From Betaproteobacteria bacterium (GTDB lineage Bacteria; Pseudomonadota; Gammaproteobacteria; Burkholderiales; JAEUOS01): a stretch of DNA of 64,000 nucleotides. The translations under genes and the position numbers were made by a program. The notes under the pieces are model-generated. The model was not told the DNA's origin, did no database searches, and saw nothing but the letters and a program-made list of their open reading frames with translations. This document shows, piece after piece, positions 11,073 through 20,778 of the stretch (position 1 is the first letter of the stretch; every line of letters begins with the position of its first letter). The stretch covers positions 8,344 to 72,343 of the forward strand of contig JAQGMJ010000049.1 of assembly GCA_028292405.1 (NCBI GenBank). The letters are read 5' to 3'.

Positions 11073-12884
11073 ATGACGTCCAAGCTGGTCAGCCGCCGCG
11101 ACCTCGATTTTGTCTTATACGAACTGCTCGATACGGCCGCGCTGTGTAGCCGCGCACGCTTTGCCGACCACAGCCGCGCCACCTTCGACGCCGCACTCGA
11201 TCTCTCCGGGCGCATTGCCGCCGATTTCTTCGCCCCGCACAACCGCCGCAGTGACGAACACGAACCGATGTTCGAAGACGGGCATGTCCGCCTGATTGCG
11301 GAAATCGGCAGCGCCCTCAAGGCGTTCACCGACGCCGGCCTGATGGCCGCCGGGCATGACTACGAATACGGCGGCATGCAGTTGCCGCTTTCCGTCGCCA
11401 AGGCCTGCTTCGCCTATTTCAAGGCGGCCAATGTCGCCACCGCCGCCTATCCCTTTCTCACCATCGGCGCGGCCAACCTGCTGCTGGCCCATGGCTCGAA
11501 AGAGCAGATCGACAGTTACGCGCGGCCGATGCTGGCCGGGCGCTTTTTCGGCACCATGTGCCTGTCCGAACCGCAGGCGGGTTCCTCGCTGGCCGACATC
11601 CGCACCCGCGCCGAAGCGCAAGGCGACGGCAGCTACCGACTGTTCGGCAACAAGATGTGGATTTCCGGCGGCGAGCATGAACTGAGCGAGAACATCGTTC
11701 ACCTGGTGTTGGCGAAAATACCCGGCGGGCCGGCCGGCGCCAAGGGTATTTCGCTGTTCATCTGTCCGAAATTGCTGCTGCGCGCCGACGGCAGCACGGG
11801 CGAACGCAACGACATCGCGCTGGCCGGGCTGAACCACAAGATGGGCTATCGCGGCACCACCAATACGCTGCTCAACTTCGGCGAAGGCGCGCAGAAGCCG
11901 GGCGGCGCGGCGGGGGCGGTGGCGTATCGCGTGGGCGAGGCACACCAGGGCCTGGCCTACATGTGCCACATGATGAACGAAGCGCGCATCGGCGTGGGCC
12001 TGGGCGCGACCATGCTCGGCTACACCGGCTACCTGCACGCGCTGGAGTACGCGCGCGGCCGCCCGCAAGGCCGGCCGGCGGCGAATCGCAATCCGGCCGA
12101 TCCGCAGGTGGCGATCATCGAACACGCGGACGTCAGGCGCATGTTGCTGGCGCAAAAGACCTACGTCGAAGGGGCGCTGGCGCTGAACCTGGTTTGCGCG
12201 CGCCTGGTCGACGAGCAGGACACCGCGCAAGACAAGACGGCGCGCGAGCAGGCCGGGCTGCTGCTGGACTTGCTTACGCCGGTGGCCAAGTCCTGGCCTT
12301 CGCAATGGTGCCTGGAGGCCAACAGCCTGGCGATCCAGGTGCACGGCGGCTATGGCTATACGCGCGATTATCCGGTGGAGCAGTTTTACCGCGACAACCG
12401 GCTCAACGCGATCCACGAAGGCACGCACGGCATTCAGGCGCTCGATCTCTTGGGCCGCAAGGCGGTGGCGCAGCGCGGCATGGCGCTGACCCTCCTCGGC
12501 CGCGAGATCGAGATGGCCTGCAAGGAGGCTGGCGCCCGGCGCGAGACGGTGCTGTTCGCGCGCCAACTCGGGGAGGCGGCGGCGCGGATGGCGCTAACCA
12601 CCGAAAAGCTGCATGCGGCCGGCGACCCCGAGCGCACCCTGGCCAATGCCTCGCTGTACCTGGAGATGTTCGGCCACGTGGTGATGGCGTGGATCTGGCT
12701 GCGCCAGGCGACCGTCGCCGCGCGCCAACTGGCGGACAATACGCAGGAGCCGGATTTTTACCGCGGCAAGCTGCAGGCCGCGGCCTACTTTTTTCGCTGG
12801 GAATTGCCGAAGACGGCGCAGTGGTGCGAACTGCTGCAATCGCTGGACGCGACCACGCTGGAAATGCAGGACGCCTGGTTTTAG
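11073..12884 (+). CDS. Acyl-CoA dehydrogenase
   Basis: GTMCLSEPQAGS, GNKMWIS, MMNEARIG, QVHGGYGY, IHEGTHGIQ. Confidence 0.94.
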   Translation: MTSKLVSRRDLDFVLYELLDTAALCSRARFADHSRATFDAALDLSGRIAADFFAPHNRRSDEHEPMFEDGHVRLIAEIGSALKAFTDAGLMAAGHDYEYGGMQLPLSVAKACFAYFKAANVATAAYPFLTIGAANLLLAHGSKEQIDSYARPMLAGRFFGTMCLSEPQAGSSLADIRTRAEAQGDGSYRLFGNKMWISGGEHELSENIVHLVLAKIPGGPAGAKGISLFICPKLLLRADGSTGERNDIALAGLNHKMGYRGTTNTLLNFGEGAQKPGGAAGAVAYRVGEAHQGLAYMCHMMNEARIGVGLGATMLGYTGYLHALEYARGRPQGRPAANRNPADPQVAIIEHADVRRMLLAQKTYVEGALALNLVCARLVDEQDTAQDKTAREQAGLLLDLLTPVAKSWPSQWCLEANSLAIQVHGGYGYTRDYPVEQFYRDNRLNAIHEGTHGIQALDLLGRKAVAQRGMALTLLGREIEMACKEAGARRETVLFARQLGEAAARMALTTEKLHAAGDPERTLANASLYLEMFGHVVMAWIWLRQATVAARQLADNTQEPDFYRGKLQAAAYFFRWELPKTAQWCELLQSLDATTLEMQDAWF

Positions 12885-12921
12885 ATTGGCAGCGCGGGGC
12901 ACCGTTTACGAAGGAACGATC

Positions 12922-13698
12922 ATGAGCATCAAGAAACTGCTGGACTTAACCGGGCGCGTCGCCCTGATCACCGGCGGCTCGCGCGGGCTGGGGATGCAGA
13001 TGGCCGAAGCGCTCGGCGAAATGGGCGCCAAACTGGCGATCACCGCGCGCAAGGCCGATGAACTGGAAGAGGCGAAGGCTCACCTGGACAAGCTTGGCTA
13101 TCCGGTGCTGACCGTGACGGCCGACATCGGCAAGCCGGAGTCGATTGGCCCCACCGTCGAGGCGGTGATGAAGGCCCACGGGCAGATCGACATCCTGGTC
13201 AACAACGCCGGCGCCACCTGGGGCGCGCCCGCCGAAGACCATCCGCTGGAGGCCTGGAACAAGCTGGTGAACGTCAACCTGACCGGCGCCTTTTTGCTGT
13301 GCCAGGCGGTGGGTCGCGCTTCGATGATTCCGCGCAAAAAAGGGCGCATCGTCAACATCGCCTCGGTCGCCGGTCTCGGCGCCAACCCGCTGCAGATGGA
13401 AGGCACGCTCGCCTACAACACCACCAAGGGCGGGGTGGTGAACTTCACCCGCGCGCTGGCCGCCGAATGGGGCAAGTACAACATCACCGTCAACGCCATC
13501 TGTCCAGGCTTTTTTCCCTCGAAGATGACCCGCGCCACCCTGGCCAACCACGAACAGTTCTTCATCGAGAACACGCCGCTGCACAAGCTCGGCGGCGAGG
13601 AAGACCTGAAGGGTGCGGCGCTGCTATTTGCGTCGGATGCCGGCGGCCACATCACCGGGCAGTGCCTGGCGGTGGACGGCGGCGCCATCGTGGTCTGA
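12922..13698 (+). CDS. SDR oxidoreductase (gluconate 5-dehydrogenase-like)
   Basis: TGGSRGLG, NNAG, YNTTK. Confidence 0.88.
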   Translation: MSIKKLLDLTGRVALITGGSRGLGMQMAEALGEMGAKLAITARKADELEEAKAHLDKLGYPVLTVTADIGKPESIGPTVEAVMKAHGQIDILVNNAGATWGAPAEDHPLEAWNKLVNVNLTGAFLLCQAVGRASMIPRKKGRIVNIASVAGLGANPLQMEGTLAYNTTKGGVVNFTRALAAEWGKYNITVNAICPGFFPSKMTRATLANHEQFFIENTPLHKLGGEEDLKGAALLFASDAGGHITGQCLAVDGGAIVV

Positions 13699-13728
13699 TT
13701 TCATTTCCCTCCATTCAAGGACAGTAAC

Positions 13729-14172
13729 TTGAGCAACACCACACCGATGAACAAAGCCGACGTGCTGCTGCGCGTTCCGTTCCTCACCCACCTGGGCGTG
13801 CAGGTCGACAGCATGGAGCCGGGCCACGCCGTGCTTTCGCTGGACCCGCGCCCGGAGCACTACAACTCCTGGGGCGCTGTGCACGGAGGGGTGATCATGA
13901 CCCTGCTCGACGTCTGCATGGCGATTGCCGGGCGCGCCTACGACCCGGCCAATCTCTCCGGCGTGACGGTCGACATGTCGAGCAGCTTCATCTCGCCCGG
14001 CAAAGGCAAGCAGATCGCCATCGGAAAGGTGATCGCGCGCTCGGCGACGCTGTGGCGCTGCGAAGGTGAGATCCGCAATGCATCCGACGACTCGCTGGTG
14101 GCGCGCTCGATGGGCACCTTCAAGTTCAAGAACCTGATGAACCAGGGCAAGCAGCCCGTGGGGGACGCATGA
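13729..14172 (+). CDS. PaaI family thioesterase
   Basis: NSWGAVHGGVIMTLLD hot-dog motif. Confidence 0.85.
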   Translation: MSNTTPMNKADVLLRVPFLTHLGVQVDSMEPGHAVLSLDPRPEHYNSWGAVHGGVIMTLLDVCMAIAGRAYDPANLSGVTVDMSSSFISPGKGKQIAIGKVIARSATLWRCEGEIRNASDDSLVARSMGTFKFKNLMNQGKQPVGDA

Positions 14173-15173
14173 AAAACCGGCAGATCCATCTGGTCAAGCG
14201 CCCGCAAGGCGTGGTCACGCCCGATTGCTTCGCCCTGGTCGAGGCCGACATGCCGGTGCCCGGCGAAGGCCAGGTGCTGGTGCAAAACCTCTGGCTCTCG
14301 CTCGACCCTTATATGCGCGGGCGCATGGACGAGGCCAAGTCCTACGCCGCGGTGCAGCCGCTGAACGCGGTGATGACCGGCGGCACTGCCGGTGTGGTGG
14401 CGGAGTCGAACAACCCGAAGTACGCCAAGGGCGACCTGGTGGTGGGCGCTCTCGGCTGGCAGGAATACGGCGTCTCCGACGGCAGCGGGCAATACGGCGC
14501 GCCCTTGCGCAAGGTGACGGACAGGATCCCGCTGTCCGCCTATCTCGGCTGCGTCGGCATGCCCGGCGTCACGGCCTGGCATGGCGTCAACAAGATCATC
14601 GAGCCGAAGGCGGGCGAGACCCTGGTGGTGACGGCGGCTTCCGGCGCGGTGGGTTCGGTGGTGGGGCAGCTGGCGAAGGCCAAGGGCGTGCGGGTGGTCG
14701 GTATCGCCGGCGGCGCCGCCAAGTGCGCCTATGTGCGCGACGAGCTGGGCTTCGACGCCTGCATCGACTACAAGGCGGGCGAGATCGGCGCGGCATTGGC
14801 AGAGGCCGCGCCCAAGGGCATCGATGGCGTGTTCGAGAACGTCGGCGGGCCGATTTTCGACGCCATCCTGCCGCGCATGAATGCCTTCGGGCGTGTCGCG
14901 CTGTGCGGCACCATCTCCGGCTACAACGGCGCGCCCTCGGCGCTGACCAACCTGCGCTCCATTCTGACCAACCGCCTGCGGGTGCAGGGCTTCATTGTCT
15001 CCGACCATCTCAACGAGTGGCCGGAGGCGCTGGCCGAGCTGATCGGGCTGGTGGCGGACGGCCGGCTCAAGTACCGCGAGAGCGTGGCGCAGGGAATAGC
15101 CAGCGCGCCGCAGGCCTTCATCGGCCTGCTCAAGGGCGAGAATTTCGGCAAGCAACTGGTTAAACTGGCTTGA
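14169..15173 (+). CDS. NADP-dependent oxidoreductase (prostaglandin reductase/CurA-like)
   Basis: SLDPYMRGRM, GMPGVTAW, AASGAVGSVVGQ, GENFGKQLV; ATGA overlap with upstream gene. Confidence 0.92.
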   Translation: MKNRQIHLVKRPQGVVTPDCFALVEADMPVPGEGQVLVQNLWLSLDPYMRGRMDEAKSYAAVQPLNAVMTGGTAGVVAESNNPKYAKGDLVVGALGWQEYGVSDGSGQYGAPLRKVTDRIPLSAYLGCVGMPGVTAWHGVNKIIEPKAGETLVVTAASGAVGSVVGQLAKAKGVRVVGIAGGAAKCAYVRDELGFDACIDYKAGEIGAALAEAAPKGIDGVFENVGGPIFDAILPRMNAFGRVALCGTISGYNGAPSALTNLRSILTNRLRVQGFIVSDHLNEWPEALAELIGLVADGRLKYRESVAQGIASAPQAFIGLLKGENFGKQLVKLA

Positions 15174-15179
15174 GGATGG

Positions 15180-16112
15180 TTGAGTACTGCTGATACCGGG
15201 GAGCATGCGTTGAAAACCTTCGAAGGCAAAACAGCGGTGATCACCGGCGCGGCCAGCGGCTTCGGCCGCGAGTTCGGGCGCATAGCCGCGCGCCTGAAAA
15301 TGAAGCTGGTGCTGGCGGATATCGAGCAGGGCGCGCTGGATGCCGTGGCCGACGAGTTGCGCGGCGTCGGCGCCGAGGTGCTGGCCGTGCGCACCGATGT
15401 TTCGAAGGCTGATGCGGTCGATGCGCTGGCCGCCGCCACCGTGGAGCGCTTCGGCGCGCCCCACCTGGTGTTCAACAACGCCGGCGTGTTCCACGGCGGC
15501 CTGCTGTGGGAGCACGGCGTACGCGACTGGGAATGGGTGCTGGGCGTCAACCTGTGGGGCGTGATCCACGGCGTGCGCGCCTTCGCGCCGCTGATGCTCG
15601 AAGCCGCCAAGGCCGACCCGGCCTACGAAGGCCACATCGTCAACACAGCATCGATGGCCGGCCTGCTGACGCCGCCCAACATGGGCCTCTACAACGTCTC
15701 CAAGCACGCGGTGGTGGCGCTGACCGAAACGCTGTACCAGGACCTGCACCTGGTGAGCGAGCAGGTATCGTGCTCGGTGCTTTGCCCTTATTTTGTGCCC
15801 ACCGGCATCAACAGCTCGCAGCGCAACCGTCCGGCGCAACTGGCCGAGGAGGGCGCGCCGACGCGCTCGCAACTGGTGGCGCAGGCAATGTCCGACAAGG
15901 CGGTGAACTCAGGCAAGGTGACGGCGGCGCAGATGGCGCAAAACGCCTTTGATGCGGTCGCGGCGGACCGCTTCTACGTTTACTCGCACCCGCATGCGCT
16001 GGGCAATGTGCGGGCGCGGATGGAGGCGATCATGACCCACGCCAATCCGCCCGACCCGTTTGCCGAGCATCCCCAGGTGTGGGAGCAATTGCGCGCGCAG
16101 TTGCGCGGCTAG
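15180..16112 (+). CDS. SDR oxidoreductase
   Basis: TGAASGFG, NNAG, YNVSK; start uncertain (TTG at 15180 or 15210). Confidence 0.88.
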   Translation: MSTADTGEHALKTFEGKTAVITGAASGFGREFGRIAARLKMKLVLADIEQGALDAVADELRGVGAEVLAVRTDVSKADAVDALAAATVERFGAPHLVFNNAGVFHGGLLWEHGVRDWEWVLGVNLWGVIHGVRAFAPLMLEAAKADPAYEGHIVNTASMAGLLTPPNMGLYNVSKHAVVALTETLYQDLHLVSEQVSCSVLCPYFVPTGINSSQRNRPAQLAEEGAPTRSQLVAQAMSDKAVNSGKVTAAQMAQNAFDAVAADRFYVYSHPHALGNVRARMEAIMTHANPPDPFAEHPQVWEQLRAQLRG

Positions 16113-16193
16113 CCTGCAAGTTGCCGGGTTTGCCCGCTGCTGCCTCGCGGCGCCAGGCAACGCCTGGCAGTTCCTTGACAGCGCCTGCGGTGT

Positions 16194-17711
16194 CTAGCGG
16201 TGTGCGACCCGCACCGCCGGCCGCTTTGCCTTCGAATGCGCCGCTGCGTGACTCTTTGAGGCGGCCTTGGCGACGACATGCCTGCTGTGTGTGCCGCCCT
16301 TGGCCGGCGCTGCCTGGTGCAGGGCCACGGTCTCGATGGTCAGCTTTTGCCCCGGCTTCACCGCGCTGCCCAGCGAGCGATTCCAGTCCTTGAGGTCGGC
16401 TGCCGATACCTTGTATTTGCGCGCGATCAGCGCCAGCGAGTCGCCCTTGCGCACCACGTAGGTGGCTCGCACGACGCGCCCCTCGGTTTCCATCGGCGGC
16501 TGGCTGATCTCGGCCGGCAATTGTTCCTCGGCCACGTCCTTGCTGTCCTTGGCGCGCGGCACCAGCAGGGTATGGCCGGCGCCCACGCGCTGGCGTGCGC
16601 TGATGCCGTTGGCGCTGCGCAGGGCCGTCAGATCGATGCCGAACTTGGACGCGATCTGCTCCAGCTTGTCGCCCGCTTTCATCAGGTAGGCCTGCCAGCT
16701 GGAAAGCGGCTTTTCGCGCGCTTCCAGGTTTTGCTTGAAGGTCTCGACCTTGTCGGCCGGCAGCACGATCACCGGGTTGTTGGCGCCGGGGATCACCGGA
16801 CGGTTATGCGAGGGGTTGAGGGCGACGAATTCTTCCAGCGGCATTTCCGCCAGTTGCGCGGCCACCTTGACGTCGATGTCGCGGCTGCGGGTGACGGTGG
16901 CTAGGTAGGGCTGGTTCGACATGGTGGGCAGGATCAGGGCGAACTGCGCCGGGTTCATCACCAGGTTCTTGATCGCCTGCAGTTTCGGCACATAGCCGGC
17001 GGTCTCGGCCGGCATTTTGGCGGTCAGGCTGGCGTAGTCGGTCGGCTCGCCCTTGGCCTTGGCACGGTCCACCGCGCGCTGTACCGCGCCTTCGCCCCAG
17101 TTGTAGGCGGCCAAAGCCAGTTGCCAGTCGCCGAACTGGGTGTACAGGGCCTGCAGATAGTCCAGTGCCGCGCCGGTGGAGGCGATGACGTCGCGCCGGT
17201 CGTCGCGCCACCAGTCCTGCTTCAGGTTGTAGCGCTTGCCGGTGGCGGGGATGAACTGCCACATGCCGGCAGCCTGGGCAGGCGACACCGCCTGCGGGTT
17301 GTAGGCCGACTCCACCAGCGGCAGCAGCGCCAGTTCGGTGGGCATGCCGCGCTTTTCGATTTCTTCGACGATTACATATAAGAAGGGGCGGGCGCGCTCC
17401 AGGCTGCGCCGCATGTACTCGGGGCGGGCGCCATACCACGCGGTGCGCTCCTGCGCGCTGGCGGTATTGAGGTCGGGAATCGCGAAACCTTCGCGGATGC
17501 GCTGCCAGAGGTCGATTTGCGCCTGGGCGGTGAGGTCGACATTCTCGACTTCCGCCTGCTGCACTTCGACCGCCACCAGCGGCTGGGGCGCCGTCGTCGG
17601 CAGGGCTGCGGTTTTATCGGATGCTGCGGTTTGGCTGCCGGCACACGCTGCCAGGGCCAGGGGACAAATTACACAGACAAGAAGCTTGAACGCGCCGGAT
17701 GAACCGTGCAT
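16194..17711 (-). CDS. mltD: Membrane-bound lytic murein transglycosylase D (SLT plus LysM domains), lipoprotein
   Basis: Lipobox LAAC, LVESAY, AAGMWQF, LAAYNWG, two LysM repeats; next to gloB. Confidence 0.9.
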   Translation of the reverse strand: MHGSSGAFKLLVCVICPLALAACAGSQTAASDKTAALPTTAPQPLVAVEVQQAEVENVDLTAQAQIDLWQRIREGFAIPDLNTASAQERTAWYGARPEYMRRSLERARPFLYVIVEEIEKRGMPTELALLPLVESAYNPQAVSPAQAAGMWQFIPATGKRYNLKQDWWRDDRRDVIASTGAALDYLQALYTQFGDWQLALAAYNWGEGAVQRAVDRAKAKGEPTDYASLTAKMPAETAGYVPKLQAIKNLVMNPAQFALILPTMSNQPYLATVTRSRDIDVKVAAQLAEMPLEEFVALNPSHNRPVIPGANNPVIVLPADKVETFKQNLEAREKPLSSWQAYLMKAGDKLEQIASKFGIDLTALRSANGISARQRVGAGHTLLVPRAKDSKDVAEEQLPAEISQPPMETEGRVVRATYVVRKGDSLALIARKYKVSAADLKDWNRSLGSAVKPGQKLTIETVALHQAAPAKGGTHSRHVVAKAASKSHAAAHSKAKRPAVRVAHR

Positions 17712-17802
17712 GGGCTCCCCTCCCTGACTTTGATATTGATATGAATACTATATGACCACGCTTCACGTGGTCAAGCAGTTTATTTTCGCAAGCGGTTGAT
17801 TC

Positions 17803-18570
17803 TCAAAAGGAATTCTTCCACTCACGGATCGCTGTAAAAACCTCGTCCGGGCTAGCCCCGGCATGTCCCAGCCGCTTTTTGGCGGCGGCGACGACTTGCG
17901 GCGCGTCCCAGCGTAAAAACGGATTGGTATCGCGCTCCAGCGAAATGCGCGACGGTACGGTCGGGCGGCTGGCGGCGCGGCTTGCCTTATCCTGCACTTC
18001 GCGCTCGGCGAGCAGCGGATTGTCCGGCTCCACCGCGCGGGCGAATTTCAAATTGGCCAAGGTGTATTCGTGGGCGCAGAATACCAGAGTCTCGCCGGGC
18101 AGGCTTTTGAGCTTGGCCAGCGAGGCGCGCATCTGCGGCATGGTGCCTTCGAACACCCGGCCGCAGCCGCCGGCGAACAGGGTGTCGCCGCAGAACAGGC
18201 GGCCGTCGCCCAGGTAGGCGATGTGGCCGGCGGTATGGCCGGGAATGTCCAGCACCTCGAAAGACAGGCCGAGGTGGGGCAGGGTGATGCGGTCGCCCTG
18301 TTTCAGGCGCTGGGTCAATTGCTCGATTTTTTCGCCCGCCGGGCCGAACACCGGGATGCCGGGGTATTTTTGCGTCAGCACCGGCAGGCCGCCGATGTGG
18401 TCGCCGTGGTGGTGGGTCACCAGGATGGACGCCAGTTCCAGCCCATGCTGCGTGAGATAATCGATAACCGGGGCGGCGTCGCCCGGATCGACCACCGTGG
18501 CCTGCCGGTCGTTGTGGATCAGCCAGAGGTAGTTGTCCTGGAACGCGGGGATGGGAACGACCTGAATCAT
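17803..18570 (-). CDS. gloB: Hydroxyacylglutathione hydrolase (glyoxalase II)
   Basis: MIQVVPIPAFQDNYLW, THHHGDH, PGHTAGH, GDTLF, CAHEYT. Confidence 0.95.
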   Translation of the reverse strand: MIQVVPIPAFQDNYLWLIHNDRQATVVDPGDAAPVIDYLTQHGLELASILVTHHHGDHIGGLPVLTQKYPGIPVFGPAGEKIEQLTQRLKQGDRITLPHLGLSFEVLDIPGHTAGHIAYLGDGRLFCGDTLFAGGCGRVFEGTMPQMRASLAKLKSLPGETLVFCAHEYTLANLKFARAVEPDNPLLAEREVQDKASRAASRPTVPSRISLERDTNPFLRWDAPQVVAAAKKRLGHAGASPDEVFTAIREWKNSF

Positions 18571-18576
18571 GATGGA

Positions 18577-19791
18577 ATGACCGAGCAAAACGTCAAAGAT
18601 ACTCCAAAGCCGGCCGGCGTGACGCCGACGCAGGCCGGCGGCCTGCACGCGCCCGGCGCCGGCCGGCCTTGCGCGCCGGATGCCGGCGCTGCCAACGCCG
18701 CTGCCGATCTTGCCATCAGCACCCTGGCGCGGCGCGCCGGTAGGCCGCGTTTCGGTACCCTGAACGGGGGGATTGGTTTTCCCGGCGCGCCCCTGGCGCA
18801 GATGGGCGGGCAGGGCGCAGCCGGCGAGCCGATCGCCGAAATCCAGCCCGCCCGGGACGACGCCGACGCCGGCCAGCCGGAGTCGCCGCCGCCCGTTGGG
18901 CAAACATCCGGCAGCGGGCCTGGTCCCGAACCTGGCCGCGGGTCTAATACCGGGTCTAATACCGGGTCTAATACCGGGTCTAGTCCAGGGTCTAGTCCCA
19001 ACGTGGACCCCTTCAGCCCGCGCCAGATGCTGGAAGACTGGTTTGCCACCCCCCAGGGCGCCTACATCCTGGAGTGGGAAATGGCGCGCCTGGACCAGGC
19101 CGTCGCCGACATCTTCGGCTACTACGCCGTGCAGATCGGCATGCCGGGCATCGACTTCTTGCGCGCCAACCGCATCACCAGCCGGCTTACCGCCAGCCTG
19201 GTCGGCCGCCCCAGCGTCTATGCCGACGCCCATGAACTGCCGTTTGATTCCGAGTCTCTGGACCTGGTGGTGCTGCCGCACCTGCTCGAATTTTCCAGCG
19301 AGCCGCATCAGATCCTGCGCGAAGTCGAGCGCGTGCTGCGCCCCGAGGGCCAGGTGATCATCCTCTGCTTCAACCCGGTCAGCCTGTGGGGAGTAAAAAA
19401 GATGTTCACCCCTTCGCAGAGCGTGCCCTGGAGCGGAGAGTTCGTCAGCGTGCTGCGCATGAAGGACTGGCTCAAGCTGCTCAACTTCGAAATGCGCGGC
19501 GGCCGCTTCGGCCGCTACCGCCCGCCCTATATCTCCGAAAAGTGGCTGAGCCGCTTCGGCTTCCTCGAACACGCCGGCGACCGCTGGTGGCCGGTGGCCG
19601 GCGCCGTCTACATGATGCAGGCGACCAAGCGCGTGCCCGGCATGCGCATCATCACCCCCTCCTGGCGCAAGGCGCGCAAGGCCGAGGCGCTGGCGGCCAG
19701 CACCAACGGCGCCAACCGCACAGAGCGCAACATTACCCTCGCCCCCCAATACGTCCACAGCAACCCCCAAAAGAAAAGCACCAACGAATGA
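18577..19791 (+). CDS. SAM-dependent methyltransferase type 11 (YafS-like) with long low-complexity N-terminal extension
   Basis: [35 protein letters not shown]; conserved position between gloB and rnhA; start uncertain. Confidence 0.85.
   Translation: MTEQNVKDTPKPAGVTPTQAGGLHAPGAGRPCAPDAGAANAAADLAISTLARRAGRPRFGTLNGGIGFPGAPLAQMGGQGAAGEPIAEIQPARDDADAGQPESPPPVGQTSGSGPGPEPGRGSNTGSNTGSNTGSSPGSSPNVDPFSPRQMLEDWFATPQGAYILEWEMARLDQAVADIFGYYAVQIGMPGIDFLRANRITSRLTASLVGRPSVYADAHELPFDSESLDLVVLPHLLEFSSEPHQILREVERVLRPEGQVIILCFNPVSLWGVKKMFTPSQSVPWSGEFVSVLRMKDWLKLLNFEMRGGRFGRYRPPYISEKWLSRFGFLEHAGDRWWPVAGAVYMMQATKRVPGMRIITPSWRKARKAEALAASTNGANRTERNITLAPQYVHSNPQKKSTNE
18940..18999 (+). repeat. 12-bp tandem repeat: (gggtctaatacc)x3 plus (gggtctagtccm)x2, encoding GSNT/GSSP
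   Basis: Directly visible in the sequence. Confidence 0.9.
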
Positions 19792-20246
19792 GCGACAGCA
19801 CCACCGCCGGCCCGGTTGTCATCTACACCGACGGCGCCTGCAAAGGCAATCCCGGCCCCGGCGGCTGGGGCGTATACCTCAAAAGCGGCGACAACGAAAA
19901 AGAACTCTGCGGCGGCGAAGCCCACACCACCAACAACCGCATGGAACTGATGGCCGTGATCGAGGCGCTCAATGCTCTCAAGCGCGCCTGCGACGTGGTG
20001 CTCTATACCGACTCCAACTACGTCCGCCAGGGCATCACCACCTGGATCCACTCCTGGAAACTCAAGGGCTGGAAAACCGCCGACAAAAAGCCGGTGAAAA
20101 ACGAAGATCTGTGGAAAGCCCTGGAAGAAGCCGCCAAGCGCCACAAGGTGGATTGGCGCTGGGTGAAGGGGCATGCGGGCGACCCGGGGAACGAGCGGGC
20201 GGATGCGCTGGCCAATCAGGGGGTGGAGTTGGCGAGGGGGAAGTAG
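19788..20246 (+). CDS. rnhA: Ribonuclease HI
   Basis: [43 protein letters not shown]. Confidence 0.97.
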   Translation: MSDSTTAGPVVIYTDGACKGNPGPGGWGVYLKSGDNEKELCGGEAHTTNNRMELMAVIEALNALKRACDVVLYTDSNYVRQGITTWIHSWKLKGWKTADKKPVKNEDLWKALEEAAKRHKVDWRWVKGHAGDPGNERADALANQGVELARGK

Positions 20247-20266
20247 GCTCAGTTTCTCAGCCGCTG

Positions 20267-20321
20267 CTTAGTACGTCTCCTCCCCTTCAAGGGGAGGGAC
20301 AGGATAGGGATGGGGTGAAGC
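20267..20321 (+). repeat. Left REP-like inverted repeat with internal palindrome ctcccct-tca-aggggag
   Basis: cttagtacgtctcctccccttcaaggggagggacaggatagggatggggtgaagc. Confidence 0.9.
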
Positions 20322-20326
20322 CCCAT

Positions 20327-20698
20327 TCAACCACCAATACCGCTTCCCTCCCTCTCCGCCAACACCCTGCAAATCTCCTCCAGCACATCGTCCAGCTGAT
20401 TCAACACCTCGTTGTTCCAGAACCGCAGCACGCGAAATCCCGCCTGTTCAAGTAATGCCGTTCGGGCGTTGTCCATCTTTTGCTGCTGCGCGTGTTGCCC
20501 GCCGTCCACCTCGATGACCAGGCTGCGTTCCAGGCAAACGAAGTCCAAAACGAACTTGCGGTAGGGATGTTGGCGGCGGAACTTCACGCCTAGTCTTTCA
20601 CCTTGCAGATGCCACCAGAGCTTGTTTTCAGCGTCGGTCATGGTGTGACGTAGCTTTACCGAAACGCGACGGGTGGATTTGCTGGTTTGGCCTTTCAT
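20327..20698 (-). CDS. DUF559 / Vsr-like endonuclease domain protein
   Basis: MTDAENKLW, KFRRQHP, LDF, IEVDGGQH, GFRVLRFWNNEV. Confidence 0.9.
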   Translation of the reverse strand: MKGQTSKSTRRVSVKLRHTMTDAENKLWWHLQGERLGVKFRRQHPYRKFVLDFVCLERSLVIEVDGGQHAQQQKMDNARTALLEQAGFRVLRFWNNEVLNQLDDVLEEICRVLAEREGSGIGG

Positions 20699-20711
20699 GT
20701 CGTCTATTTTT

Positions 20712-20766
20712 GCTTTACCCCATCCCCACCCTGTCCCTCCCCTTGAAGGGGAGGAGACGTACTAAG
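20712..20766 (-). repeat. Right REP-like inverted repeat
   Basis: Reverse complement matches 20267-20321 with 3 mismatches. Confidence 0.9.
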
Positions 20767-20778
20767 TTGCTCTGATCC

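Larger units (their letters stand above)
20267..20766. mobile_element. Putative 500-bp mobile unit: inverted repeat - DUF559 endonuclease - inverted repeat
   Basis: 55-bp terminal inverted repeats (52/55 identical) tightly bracketing a single endonuclease gene. Confidence 0.6.

Noticed and set aside
17803-19770. 655-aa gloB fusion ORF
   Set aside because: The upstream part is antisense to the methyltransferase gene; GloB similarity starts at 18570.
20267-20766. Classical insertion sequence
   Set aside because: The ORF has no DDE or HUH transposase motifs and no target-site duplication is visible; kept only as an atypical candidate element.
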